Position numbers and translations under genes: made by a program
From: Bacillota bacterium
GTDB lineage: Bacteria; Bacillota; Clostridia; Acetivibrionales; DSM-1351
Direction: 5' to 3'
DNA length: 49,266 nt
Assembly: GCA_023395575.1 (NCBI GenBank)
Contig: JAEWZA010000061.1
Coordinates: 1-49,266 of the forward strand
Notes under the pieces: model-generated
Told to the model about the DNA's origin: nothing
The model's input: only the letters and a program-made list of their open reading frames with translations
Database searches by the model: none
Shown here: positions 18,200-27,890 of the stretch, piece by piece
How the letters are laid out: the number at the start of each line of letters is the position of its first letter
Numbering within the stretch: position 1 is the first letter of the stretch

Positions 18200-19462
18200 A
18201 TGGGAATGACCATGACACAAAAAATTCTTGCGGCTCATGCAGGGATGAGTTCAGTGAGGGCAGGACAACTTATTAAAGCAAAGCTAGATATGGTTTTAGG
18301 AAACGATATTACTACTCCAGTGGCTATTAAGGAATTTGATAAGATAGGGCTGGATAAAGTGTTTGATATAAATAAGATTGCAATAGTTCCTGACCACTTC
18401 ACACCAAATAAGGATATTAAATCAGCAGAACAGGTAAAACTTTGCAGAGAGTTTTCAAAGAGAATGGGAATTGTAAACTTTTTTGAGGTTGGACAGATGG
18501 GTGTTGAACATGCACTGCTTCCTGAAAGGGGACTTGTTGTATCAGGAGATGTAGTTATTGGCGCTGATTCACACACTTGTACTTATGGTGCGCTGGGTGC
18601 CTTCTCTACAGGAATTGGAAGCACTGATATGGCAGCAGGAATGGCAACTGGAGAAGCTTGGTTCAAGGTTCCAGAAGCAATTAAATTTGTGCTGAAAGGA
18701 AAACCTCGCAAATGGGTAGGAGGAAAAGATGTAATCCTTCACATTATTGGAATGATAGGTGTAGACGGAGCACTATATAAATCAATGGAGTTTACAGGTG
18801 ATGGCTGCCGTGAACTTTCTATGGATGATAGGTTTACAATTGCTAACATGGCAATTGAGGCAGGTGCTAAGAATGGTATATTTGAAGTGGATGAAAAGAC
18901 TATAGAGTATGTAAAAGAACATTCCACTAGAAATTACACAGCTTATAAAGCAGACGAAGATGCTGAGTATTGTGAAGTTTATGAGATTGATTTAGATTCA
19001 ATTAAACCAACAGTTGCATTCCCACATCTTCCTGAAAATGCTCGTACAATAGATAATGTGGGAGATATTAAAATAAATCAAGTAGTAATTGGCTCATGTA
19101 CAAATGGAAGAATTGAAGATATGAGAATTGCTGCTGAAGTGTTGAAGGGAAGGAAGGTACATGAAGATGTACGCTGTATCATAATTCCTGCTACTCAAAA
19201 GATTTGGAAACAAGCTATGAATGAAGGCTTATTTGATATATTCATTGATTCTGGAGCAGCTGTAAGTACACCTACATGTGGACCATGCCTTGGAGGACAT
19301 ATGGGTATACTTGCAAAAGGCGAAAGAGCAGTTTCTACTACAAACAGAAATTTTGTTGGACGTATGGGACACCCTGAAAGTGAAGTTTACTTGGCAAGTC
19401 CTGCTATAGCGGCTGCTTCTGCAGTTTTAGGAAAAATTGCTGGACCTGAAGAATTGGAATAA
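18200..19462 (+). CDS. leuC: 3-isopropylmalate dehydratase large subunit
   Basis: [39 protein letters not shown]; followed by leuD and leuB. Confidence 0.95.
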   Translation: MGMTMTQKILAAHAGMSSVRAGQLIKAKLDMVLGNDITTPVAIKEFDKIGLDKVFDINKIAIVPDHFTPNKDIKSAEQVKLCREFSKRMGIVNFFEVGQMGVEHALLPERGLVVSGDVVIGADSHTCTYGALGAFSTGIGSTDMAAGMATGEAWFKVPEAIKFVLKGKPRKWVGGKDVILHIIGMIGVDGALYKSMEFTGDGCRELSMDDRFTIANMAIEAGAKNGIFEVDEKTIEYVKEHSTRNYTAYKADEDAEYCEVYEIDLDSIKPTVAFPHLPENARTIDNVGDIKINQVVIGSCTNGRIEDMRIAAEVLKGRKVHEDVRCIIIPATQKIWKQAMNEGLFDIFIDSGAAVSTPTCGPCLGGHMGILAKGERAVSTTNRNFVGRMGHPESEVYLASPAIAAASAVLGKIAGPEELE

Positions 19463-19503
19463 TAGGCTAAGTGAACAATTACAAAGTGTGAGGAGGCAAA
19501 AAT

Positions 19504-19992
19504 ATGAATGCTAAAGGCAAAGTTATAAAATATGGAAATAACGTTGATACAGATGTAATTATACCTGCAAGATATTTAAATACATCAGACCCTGCAGAAT
19601 TGGCAAGTCATTGTATGGAGGATTTAGATGATAAATTCACATCAAGAGTTCAGAAGGGTGACGTAATGGTGGCTGGAAAGAATTTTGGCTGCGGTTCATC
19701 TAGGGAGCATGCTCCCATTTCTATTAAAGCATCAGGGATATCATGTGTTATTGCTGAAACGTTTGCTAGGATTTTTTATAGAAATTCAATAAATATAGGA
19801 CTTCCTATTATTGAATGTCCTGAAGCGGCAATTGATATAAGTGATGGCGATGAGGTTGAAGTTGATTTCGATAAGGGAATCATAAAGAACCTTACAACAG
19901 GGAAAACCTATCAGGGGCAGCCATTCCCAGAGTTTATGCAGGAAATAATTTCTGCGGATGGCTTAATTAATTATATTAAGCAAGCTAAATAA
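19504..19992 (+). CDS. leuD: 3-isopropylmalate dehydratase small subunit
   Basis: [32 protein letters not shown]. Confidence 0.95.
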   Translation: MNAKGKVIKYGNNVDTDVIIPARYLNTSDPAELASHCMEDLDDKFTSRVQKGDVMVAGKNFGCGSSREHAPISIKASGISCVIAETFARIFYRNSINIGLPIIECPEAAIDISDGDEVEVDFDKGIIKNLTTGKTYQGQPFPEFMQEIISADGLINYIKQAK

Positions 19993-20224
19993 CCCAACTC
20001 TTTACGGTGTTTAAACTTATCAAATTTTTTTATTAATAAAATAAAGGACTCAACTTTTTATCAATAAGTTTAGGCACCTATAATTCAACTGAGAAAGTTG
20101 AATAAATTATTTATTCAATTGATTTTTATTTGAAGGCTACAATAATTCAGTATTGTAAGAACTGTATTTTGGTAGGCTTTAGTATGGTATTGGCTTTTGG
20201 CATAAGTAGAATGGAGATGATAAA

Positions 20225-21298
20225 ATGAATTACAAAATTACTGTACTGCCGGGAGACGGCATAGGTCCGGATATAGTTTCAGAAGCTTTAGAAGTACTCA
20301 AGTTAATTGGTGAAAAATATGGACATAGCTTTGAACTTACTGAAGCTGACCTTGGAGGAATAGCAATAGACAAACATGGAGTGCCGCTCCCACAGTCTAC
20401 AATAGATGCTTGTAAGAGCAGCGACGCTGTATTATTAGGTGCAGTTGGTGGACCTAAATGGGATACAGTACCTGGGAATCTAAGACCTGAAGCTGGTTTG
20501 CTTGGCATTAGAGCGGCTTTAGGATTATATGCAAATCTAAGACCTGCCATTATATATAATGCTTTGAAGGATGCTTCTCCGCTGAAATCAGAAATAATTA
20601 GTAATGGAATTGACATAATGGTTATTCGTGAGCTGACTGGTGGAATTTATTTCGGCAAAAGAGGCAGACTTGAGACAGAAGGTGTAGAAGCTGCTTTTGA
20701 TACTGAAATGTATAATAGAACTGAAGTTGAGAGAATTGCTAAAGTCGGCTTTGAAACAGCTATGAAGCGTGGTAAAAAGCTAATGTCAGTTGATAAAGCA
20801 AATGTATTAGAAAGCTCAAGATTCTGGAGACAGGTGGTAGAAGAGGTTGCAAAGGATTATCCTGAGGTAGCTCTAAGCCACATGTATGTGGACAATGCAG
20901 CTATGCAGCTTGTTAGAAATCCAGCACAGTTTGATGTAGTGCTAACAAGCAATATATTTGGAGATATATTGTCTGATGAGGCTTCTATGATTACAGGTTC
21001 TATTGGAATGCTGCCATCAGCTAGCCTTGGAGCTACTAAGCTTGGATTATATGAACCAATACATGGCTCAGCACCGGATATTGCAGGACAGGATAAAGCA
21101 AACCCAATAGCTACTATACTTTCTGTTGCAATGATGCTCAGATATTCTCTTGATTTATCTGAGGAAGCTGATGCTATAGAAAAAGCAGTAGTTAGCGTAC
21201 TAGACAAAGGCTATAGAACAGGTGACATTGCATCAGCTGGAACTACTGTTGTTGGAACAAAAGAAATGGGAAGAATTATTAGAGAAGAGCTTAAATAA
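20225..21298 (+). CDS. leuB: 3-isopropylmalate dehydrogenase
   Basis: [57 protein letters not shown]. Confidence 0.96.
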   Translation: MNYKITVLPGDGIGPDIVSEALEVLKLIGEKYGHSFELTEADLGGIAIDKHGVPLPQSTIDACKSSDAVLLGAVGGPKWDTVPGNLRPEAGLLGIRAALGLYANLRPAIIYNALKDASPLKSEIISNGIDIMVIRELTGGIYFGKRGRLETEGVEAAFDTEMYNRTEVERIAKVGFETAMKRGKKLMSVDKANVLESSRFWRQVVEEVAKDYPEVALSHMYVDNAAMQLVRNPAQFDVVLTSNIFGDILSDEASMITGSIGMLPSASLGATKLGLYEPIHGSAPDIAGQDKANPIATILSVAMMLRYSLDLSEEADAIEKAVVSVLDKGYRTGDIASAGTTVVGTKEMGRIIREELK

Positions 21299-21346
21299 GC
21301 TCTAGGTAAATTAAAGTAATAGTAAATAAATATTAAGATTAATTAT

Positions 21347-21405
21347 GGGCTTCATTTAAGGGGATATGTCATTTTATGACTGCCTGCTTAGATGGAGCCT
21401 GTTTT
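21347..21405. terminator. Stem-loop between convergent leuB and the methyltransferase gene
   Basis: GGCTTCATTTAAG ... CTTAGATGGAGCC followed by TGTTTT. Confidence 0.6.
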
Positions 21406-21418
21406 GCCAACTGTACTA

Positions 21419-22450
21419 TTATAAGAAGCTATGCTGGAGTCCTGGCTTATCACTAATTATGTATTGAAAGCTAATCTTATTTGAAGGAACAGTTTCTTTG
21501 TTTATGAACATAAGCCTTTTTGGCATGGTTAAAGAACATTGGTAGTTTGTCAATTCTATATCCTCAAAAACCTGAATAAATGTTAATAAACTCAAATCAT
21601 AATATTCACAATCTAAATCTGACGGAAGTTCTACCACAACATCAGGGAATGCGTATGAGCTTTTATTTGATATGTTCTCAATAGATTGAGAAGAAATTGT
21701 TGATTTATTTAGCTCAAAAACCGTTTGTAAAGTATGGTAGTACTTTTGATTGCCAAAGTTAGGGTTCAACATTCTTTCAGAAACTTTTTTGGGGCTCATT
21801 AATGCTGCATCAATTTTTACGTTTTGAGGAATTAAGATTCCTTCTGGTAACATTTGCGAAACAAGGTTGATAGCTATTGAAACCTGTGGTTCCTTTTGTA
21901 ATGCATTTTGCATTGTTTCAGTTAAAACAATATGTATTGGCTTAATATTATCAGCTCGATACTTAGTAGCATCACACTGGATGATACTATTTACATAGCC
22001 TTGAGCATCAAAGGCATTAATGTTTCTTTTAAGAAGCTGAATACTTGTGGGGTTTATTTCAAGAAAAGTAAAACTGATTTCATCACTTGTAAAAACCGTT
22101 GTCATAGGTATAGCCAATGTTGCAAATGGACCTGTACCTGCATACAATATATGAATACGAGTGTTAGGAAACTTTTTTTGTGCTGCTTTTATTCCGAAAT
22201 ATAGTCCTCTTAAAAAATACTTCGTTCTCATTATCTCTTTCACACACATTGCAGCCCATGTAGTTCCGATTGCTTTCCCTTTTGATAGATAGACATCCTC
22301 TCTATTCCTATCGTTATCTGCCTCTAGCCCCGAGGTGTTTAAAAACAATAAATATAAATCGTCTATTGCTTTTGTTAACTCACTGTAATCATCATTTGGT
22401 CTAAGAAGAATGTCGGTTATATTTCGTAATTTTTCAATATTGTTATTCAT
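21419..22450 (-). CDS. Class I SAM-dependent methyltransferase, PRMT (PRMT5)-like
   Basis: Motif I ILYAGTGPF, post-I FLEINP, IIQCDAT, IVLTETMQNALQKE (E-x8-E), MLPEGILIP. Confidence 0.7.
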   Translation of the reverse strand: MNNNIEKLRNITDILLRPNDDYSELTKAIDDLYLLFLNTSGLEADNDRNREDVYLSKGKAIGTTWAAMCVKEIMRTKYFLRGLYFGIKAAQKKFPNTRIHILYAGTGPFATLAIPMTTVFTSDEISFTFLEINPTSIQLLKRNINAFDAQGYVNSIIQCDATKYRADNIKPIHIVLTETMQNALQKEPQVSIAINLVSQMLPEGILIPQNVKIDAALMSPKKVSERMLNPNFGNQKYYHTLQTVFELNKSTISSQSIENISNKSSYAFPDVVVELPSDLDCEYYDLSLLTFIQVFEDIELTNYQCSLTMPKRLMFINKETVPSNKISFQYIISDKPGLQHSFL

Positions 22451-22721
22451 AATACCCGCCTTTTAGTAATTATCTGATTAATTTTTATGGCTAACTTTTA
22501 TTTTACTTGTTTTTATTTAAAATGCGTAATTACATTTTAGATAACAGCATTTTGTGGCCATATAGAGAAGTTCAAAATAATATCAACAAATCATTTATGG
22601 TAATATTGGATATTTATATTAAATATTATAACTAATTTCTAATGCTATGAAAAGTTGAATATTAACATTATTATTTGTAAATAATACGCTATGGTAGGGT
22701 AACAAACTTTTGTAAAGTTTA

Positions 22722-22746
22722 GTTATTTTTGAATATCAAAAATAAC
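22722..22746. promoter_or_regulatory. Perfect 11-bp inverted repeat, candidate operator in the divergent intergenic region
   Basis: GTTATTTTTGA-ATA-TCAAAAATAAC; the core TTTGAATATCAAAAA recurs at 22823-22837. Confidence 0.4.
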
Positions 22747-23029
22747 AAGTGGTTTTATCAGCTGTCGAGTGGGAAGTTAGCTTGAAATTACGAAGCTCAC
22801 ATTTCGTGCACTCATCGTTCTCTTTGAATATCAAAAAGCTGCGAGAAGCTTTTTGTAGATTTGAGAAATCAAGCAATGACCATACACTTTTATTTAACTA
22901 TTTTGTCTCTGGCAGTATCAGTGAAATGGAGGTTAGCTTGGAAAAGGGGAATGGCAGTGTAAGAAATACTGCGTACCGCCACGATGCTTTACTATAATTT
23001 TAATTCTAAATGAGACGTGGGAGGTTAGT

Positions 23030-23287
23030 ATGAATAATATTCAGAATATTTTAGGTTTAAGTGCAAGTGAAAGTATAAGAAAAGTATTATTACTTATTGC
23101 TGGGTGGGTATCGGCTTTTTTAGCACTATTCTTATATCCATTTGTCTTTGGTATGTTAGGTGTGATTTGTGGTATTCTTGCTACCAAAAATAGCAGAAGC
23201 AGGATTGGAATTTATCTTGTTGTATCTGCAATTGTTCTTATGGGAGTTGGACTAGCTTTGAATACTAGAATTGTGCCAAGAATTTAA
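23030..23287 (+). CDS. Small multi-TM hypothetical membrane protein
   Basis: GGGAGG RBS; 85 aa, mostly hydrophobic (PFVFGMLGVICGIL). Confidence 0.75.
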   Translation: MNNIQNILGLSASESIRKVLLLIAGWVSAFLALFLYPFVFGMLGVICGILATKNSRSRIGIYLVVSAIVLMGVGLALNTRIVPRI

Positions 23288-23337
23288 TTATATATGAATA
23301 GCAATAAGTATTACTCTGGATATACTGGAGGGAAATA

Positions 23338-24138
23338 ATGAGTGATATGGTTAACGGAAACCTATTAATAATAGGGGGAGCAGAGGATAAATGGGGACAA
23401 AGCTCAGTTTTAAAACATGCAATTGATATGTGCGGAGGTACTAATGCTAAAATAATTGTTTTAACCACAGCAACACAGAAGCCTCAAGAAGTAGGAGAAG
23501 AATACAGAGAGGTTTTCACACGATTGGGAGTAGAGAATATAGATATTCTGAACATTGATAGTAGGGATGATGCCAATGAAGACTCTGTGGTACAAAGATT
23601 ATCAAGTGCAGCAGGTGTTTTTTTTACTGGCGGAGATCAACTACGAATTACTAGTATATTAGGTGGAACAAAAACATATAAGTCTCTATTAGATATTTAT
23701 ATGCGTGGGATTCCTATTATAGGTACAAGTGCAGGGGCATCAGCCATGAGCAGTACAATGATTGTGGATGGGAATAGTAATTCCGCCGCAAGAAAATGTA
23801 CATTAGGAATGTCACCAGGGTTGGGATTTTTGAATCAGGTGATAATTGATCAGCATTTCGAGCAGAGAGGAAGATTGGGTAGATTGCTTGTGGGAGTTGC
23901 TCAAAATCCATCGATATTGGGTTTGGGAATAGACGAGGATACGGCAATTAAAGTTCATGCTAACGCTTCCTTTGAGGTGGTTGGAACAAATTGCGTGACA
24001 GTTATAGATGGTACTTCCATAAAAAAATCAAATGTATCAGAGCTTAATCCAGAAGAGATGATAGCATTGTCAAATGTAACAATACACGTCTTGCCACATG
24101 GTTTTGGCTATGATTTAATTAGCAGAACGGTAGTATAA
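23338..24138 (+). CDS. cphB: Cyanophycinase
   Basis: IIGGAED, FFTGGDQLR, GTSAGA nucleophile motif, IDQHF, GIDEDT; adjacent to cphA. Confidence 0.95.
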   Translation: MSDMVNGNLLIIGGAEDKWGQSSVLKHAIDMCGGTNAKIIVLTTATQKPQEVGEEYREVFTRLGVENIDILNIDSRDDANEDSVVQRLSSAAGVFFTGGDQLRITSILGGTKTYKSLLDIYMRGIPIIGTSAGASAMSSTMIVDGNSNSAARKCTLGMSPGLGFLNQVIIDQHFEQRGRLGRLLVGVAQNPSILGLGIDEDTAIKVHANASFEVVGTNCVTVIDGTSIKKSNVSELNPEEMIALSNVTIHVLPHGFGYDLISRTVV

Positions 24139-24290
24139 CGAGGTAAGAAAACATCCCTTATTTCAATAAGTGGCGGGTAGCACTTTTGTTTTCATGCGGT
24201 TAGAGTATATATACCTCGCTTACATACCGCTAATGTTATGAGATTTCTCTATAATCGAAAAATATCATGTTGAAGCTTGGCGGTATAAAC
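24135..24290 (+). repeat. Two-stem intergenic element, copy A (homologous to 40401-40585)
   Basis: CGAGGT (24139-44)/ACCTCG (24213-18) and ATACCGCTAA (24224-33)/TTGGCGGTAT (24277-86). Confidence 0.6.
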
Positions 24291-24322
24291 TAATTTTCAT
24301 CTAGACTTAGGAGGTCTTTTCA

Positions 24323-27019
24323 GTGCAAATTCAAAGCATTTATTGCTTTCAAGGTAAAAACATATATAGTCATAGACCAGTAATTCGTATGGTGGTTGAT
24401 ATTGGGATTTTTGAGGCTGGACCAACAAGAGAGATACCCGGTTTTAACAAGAAACTGCTTGAGCATTTTCCCGAAATTTCTGAGCATACTTGTGGATTGG
24501 GATATGCTGGGGGTTTCGGAGAAAGACTAATAGAGGGTACTTATATAGGTCATGTTGCAGAGCATTTGATAATTGAGCTTCACAATAAATTAGGTTATCC
24601 TGTACGGTATGGGAAAACAAGACAGATAGGGACTTCGGCAAAATATATAATTATATATGAATACGCTAATGAAGCCTTTTCTGTTGAATGTGGAAAAAGA
24701 GTTATTGAAATAGTTAAAGCCTTTGCAGAGAACAAAGCTATTGACATTGATAAAATACTTAAAAATCTAAAGAAAATATCAGCAGAAACTGATATGGGAC
24801 CTAGTACAAAGGCTATATATGAGGCAGCAAAAAGAAGAAATATACCTGCCAGCAGAGTTGGAACGGGGAGTATTTTAAAATTGGGACATGGTAAAAACAG
24901 CAGAACAATTCAAGCATCTCTTCCAGACAGTACAAGCTGTATTGCTGTTGATATAGTATCTGACAAGCAACTTACTAAAAAAATATTGATGGATAACAAT
25001 ATACCTGTCCCAGATGGATTAATAGTAAATAGTACGGAAGAAGCAGTGGAAGCTGTCCAAAATATTGGATTTCCAGTGGTAATCAAACCTGTTGACTCAA
25101 ATCAAGGCAAGGGCGTTACTGTAAATATTACGTCGGTAAATCAAATAAATGATGCAATTTGTGAAGCAAAAAAATATTCTCGAAAAATTATTATAGAAAA
25201 ATATGTGTACGGAAAGGACTATCGCGTTTTAGTTGTAGGAGACAGAGTTTGTGCTGTCGCTGAGAGAAGACCGCCTGAAGTAATTGGTGATGGTGTCAGA
25301 ACAATTTCGGAACTGGTTAAACTAGAAAATATGAATCCGCTTAGAGGAGAAGATCATGAGCGTCCGTTGACCTATATTGAGCTAGATGAAATAACTATAA
25401 ATTATCTTAAGGCTCAAGGACTAACAACGGAGAGCATTTTAGAACCTGGACAGGTTATTCGGTTAAGGCAGAATGGAAATATAAGTACTGGGGGAACAGC
25501 AAAGAACTGCACGGCACAAATACATCCTAAAAATATTCATTATGCTGTAGCAGCCGCTAAAGCTATGAATCTAGAAATTGCAGGGATAGATTTTGCAGCA
25601 GAGGATATTTCTAGGCCTATAGATATTTGTGAGGGTGCAATTATTGAGGTTAATGCTGCTCCTGGACTTAGGATGCATCTACATCCAAGTGAGGGTGAGC
25701 CAATAGACGTGGCAGAGGATATACTAAGAATGATGTATCCTGATGACAGTAGTTGTAGTATTCCTATTGTGTCCATTACCGGTACAAATGGAAAAACTAC
25801 TACAACCAGGCTTATTAGACATACTCTTTCTATAATGGGGCTAAATGTTGGAATGACTTCAACGAGTGGGATATATATTGGGAATAAATGCGTTCAGAAG
25901 GGTGATACTACAGGACCTGCTAGTGCAGGGATAGTTTTATCAGACAAGACTGTAGATGCTGCAGTATTAGAAACTGCAAGAGGTGGAATTGTAAAAAAGG
26001 GTCTTGGTTATGAAGTCGCAGATGTAGGGGTTTTGGTTAATATAAGTGATGATCATCTTGGTATTGATGGAATAAATACCATAGAGGAGCTTGCCAGTAC
26101 AAAAGCACTTGTAATCGAAGCTATTAAACCTGATGGATATGCTGTCCTTAATGCCGATGACAGTATGACTCCCTATATGCTTGAAAGGGTACGAAGTAAT
26201 GTAATTATGTTCAGCAGGATGAAATCAAATGCACTATTCAAAAGGCATTGCAAGAATTCCAGTAACATAGGAGTATATATAAAGGATGGATTTATTTGGG
26301 TGAATAAGGATTCAAAGAGAATTCCACTCATAGATTTAGAGGATATTCCAATAACCTTAGGTGGACTAATAGAATGTAATGTTGAAAATTCTTTGGCGGC
26401 TGTAGCTGCTTTGATAGGATTAAATGTTCCATTGGATATTATTAAAAAAGGTATAAGTACCTTCCAGCCTGACGTAGAATTGAATCCCGGCAGGTTTAAT
26501 ATTTTTGATATGGGTCAGTTTAGAGTAATGTTGGATTATAGCCATAATATCGCCGGTTACAATGCTGTTATTAAATTTATTCAGAAATTAAAGTCCAAGA
26601 GATTAGTAGGAATTGTAGGTATGCCTGGAGATAGATTGGACTCAAATATAAAGGAAGTAGGAGAACTGTGTGGAAAAGCATTTGAGAAGATTTATATAAA
26701 AGAAGATATTGATTTAAGGGGACGTAGAAGAGGAGAGGTTGCAGGCCTGCTCGAATCAAGCATTATAAGCGCAGGAGCAAAGCGGGAAAATATAGAGATA
26801 GTATTAAATGAAACGGAAGCACTTGAAAAGGCAATGTTAGATGCCCGCCCAGGAGATATGATAGCGCTGTTTTTTGAAGAACTAGACGCAGCAATCCAAG
26901 TAATAATGAAATTTAAAAAAGAACAGGAAACAACAGACCTTATCATAGAAAGTAATCTCAATACATGTAAAGTTGGCTTAGATAGTAGAATTAAACCATA
27001 TAATAAATCTTCAGTATAG
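24323..27019 (+). CDS. cphA: Cyanophycin synthetase
   Basis: N-domain HTCGLG...GTYIGHVAEH; ATP-grasp VIKPVDSNQGKG, EVNAAPG; Mur-ligase ITGTNGKTTT, ETARGG, NPGRFN. Confidence 0.96.
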   Translation: MQIQSIYCFQGKNIYSHRPVIRMVVDIGIFEAGPTREIPGFNKKLLEHFPEISEHTCGLGYAGGFGERLIEGTYIGHVAEHLIIELHNKLGYPVRYGKTRQIGTSAKYIIIYEYANEAFSVECGKRVIEIVKAFAENKAIDIDKILKNLKKISAETDMGPSTKAIYEAAKRRNIPASRVGTGSILKLGHGKNSRTIQASLPDSTSCIAVDIVSDKQLTKKILMDNNIPVPDGLIVNSTEEAVEAVQNIGFPVVIKPVDSNQGKGVTVNITSVNQINDAICEAKKYSRKIIIEKYVYGKDYRVLVVGDRVCAVAERRPPEVIGDGVRTISELVKLENMNPLRGEDHERPLTYIELDEITINYLKAQGLTTESILEPGQVIRLRQNGNISTGGTAKNCTAQIHPKNIHYAVAAAKAMNLEIAGIDFAAEDISRPIDICEGAIIEVNAAPGLRMHLHPSEGEPIDVAEDILRMMYPDDSSCSIPIVSITGTNGKTTTTRLIRHTLSIMGLNVGMTSTSGIYIGNKCVQKGDTTGPASAGIVLSDKTVDAAVLETARGGIVKKGLGYEVADVGVLVNISDDHLGIDGINTIEELASTKALVIEAIKPDGYAVLNADDSMTPYMLERVRSNVIMFSRMKSNALFKRHCKNSSNIGVYIKDGFIWVNKDSKRIPLIDLEDIPITLGGLIECNVENSLAAVAALIGLNVPLDIIKKGISTFQPDVELNPGRFNIFDMGQFRVMLDYSHNIAGYNAVIKFIQKLKSKRLVGIVGMPGDRLDSNIKEVGELCGKAFEKIYIKEDIDLRGRRRGEVAGLLESSIISAGAKRENIEIVLNETEALEKAMLDARPGDMIALFFEELDAAIQVIMKFKKEQETTDLIIESNLNTCKVGLDSRIKPYNKSSV

Positions 27020-27030
27020 ATTTATTAATT

Positions 27031-27070
27031 AAATTGACTAAGGCCAATAGTAATTGGCTTTAGTCAATTT
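27031..27070 (+). terminator. Rho-independent terminator after cphA
   Basis: AAATTGACTAAGGCCAAT-AGTA-ATTGGCTTTAGTCAATTT. Confidence 0.8.
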
Positions 27071-27214
27071 GTTGTTAGCTTAGCAGTAATGACTTTTAGT
27101 ATGGTACAATACAATAAAATGTAATATAATGTTATGAGATGTTTCTTAAAATTAAGTTTTATATAGGGAAAGATGCGTTATGAAAAACGGCATATTAAGT
27201 TTTAGGGGGTAAAA

Positions 27215-27838
27215 ATGCCAGAGGTTTATTATTACGTGAGGTCAGAGGATGTTTCAAATATAACCGACTGTGGGCTAAAGTTGTCTATATCTCATGATAA
27301 AGAAGTAATAATTGAAGGTGAAGCAAAGAAATGCTTCTCAGCACTTTTAAATCCAAAGGATGATATTGAACTATACAAATCGCCTTCCTTTAGCTGTTTA
27401 AAACTTCAGGTGAAAAGTGAAAAATGCTTTGTTGCAGATAGATTCATATACGAGACTGCTAAGAGTCAAGATATAGACCTATACTACAAGACAATAGTTC
27501 CAATAGAGAAATATATGTTTGGAACATATAGACTTCCAGAGTGTCTTATTACCACTACTATTTTGCCAGACGAGGCATATGTCCTTGATAAAAGGATGGA
27601 TTCACCAATTATATATACTAATTGTGAAGAACTATACATAAACAACATATTACAGGAACTTAGAGATAATTACTCAGATATTGATGATTCATTGCTTTAT
27701 TTGCTGCTTGATAAATTAACTGATATGGGAAGGTTTGAGAAAATAGATAATAAAAGTAGTGGAATGTCTATATTTAAAAATGAGGTAGGTAGGATTTATT
27801 GCTTAAAAAAGCCAGATATAAGTATTCTTTGTCCTTAA
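27215..27838 (+). CDS. Hypothetical protein, possible ADP-ribosyltransferase-like fold
   Basis: 207 aa with AGGGGT RBS; VYYYV...NITDCGLK and PECLITTTILP patterns. The ORF is solid; the fold call is tentative. Confidence 0.7.
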   Translation: MPEVYYYVRSEDVSNITDCGLKLSISHDKEVIIEGEAKKCFSALLNPKDDIELYKSPSFSCLKLQVKSEKCFVADRFIYETAKSQDIDLYYKTIVPIEKYMFGTYRLPECLITTTILPDEAYVLDKRMDSPIIYTNCEELYINNILQELRDNYSDIDDSLLYLLLDKLTDMGRFEKIDNKSSGMSIFKNEVGRIYCLKKPDISILCP

Positions 27839-27890
27839 TTTAAAAAATTTTAAGAGGTCTTTTTACCAATTTATATGCCCAAAAGTAGGT

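Noticed and set aside
22749..22997. 82-aa plus-strand ORF
   Set aside because: No RBS and no motif; it runs across a palindrome-rich non-coding region.
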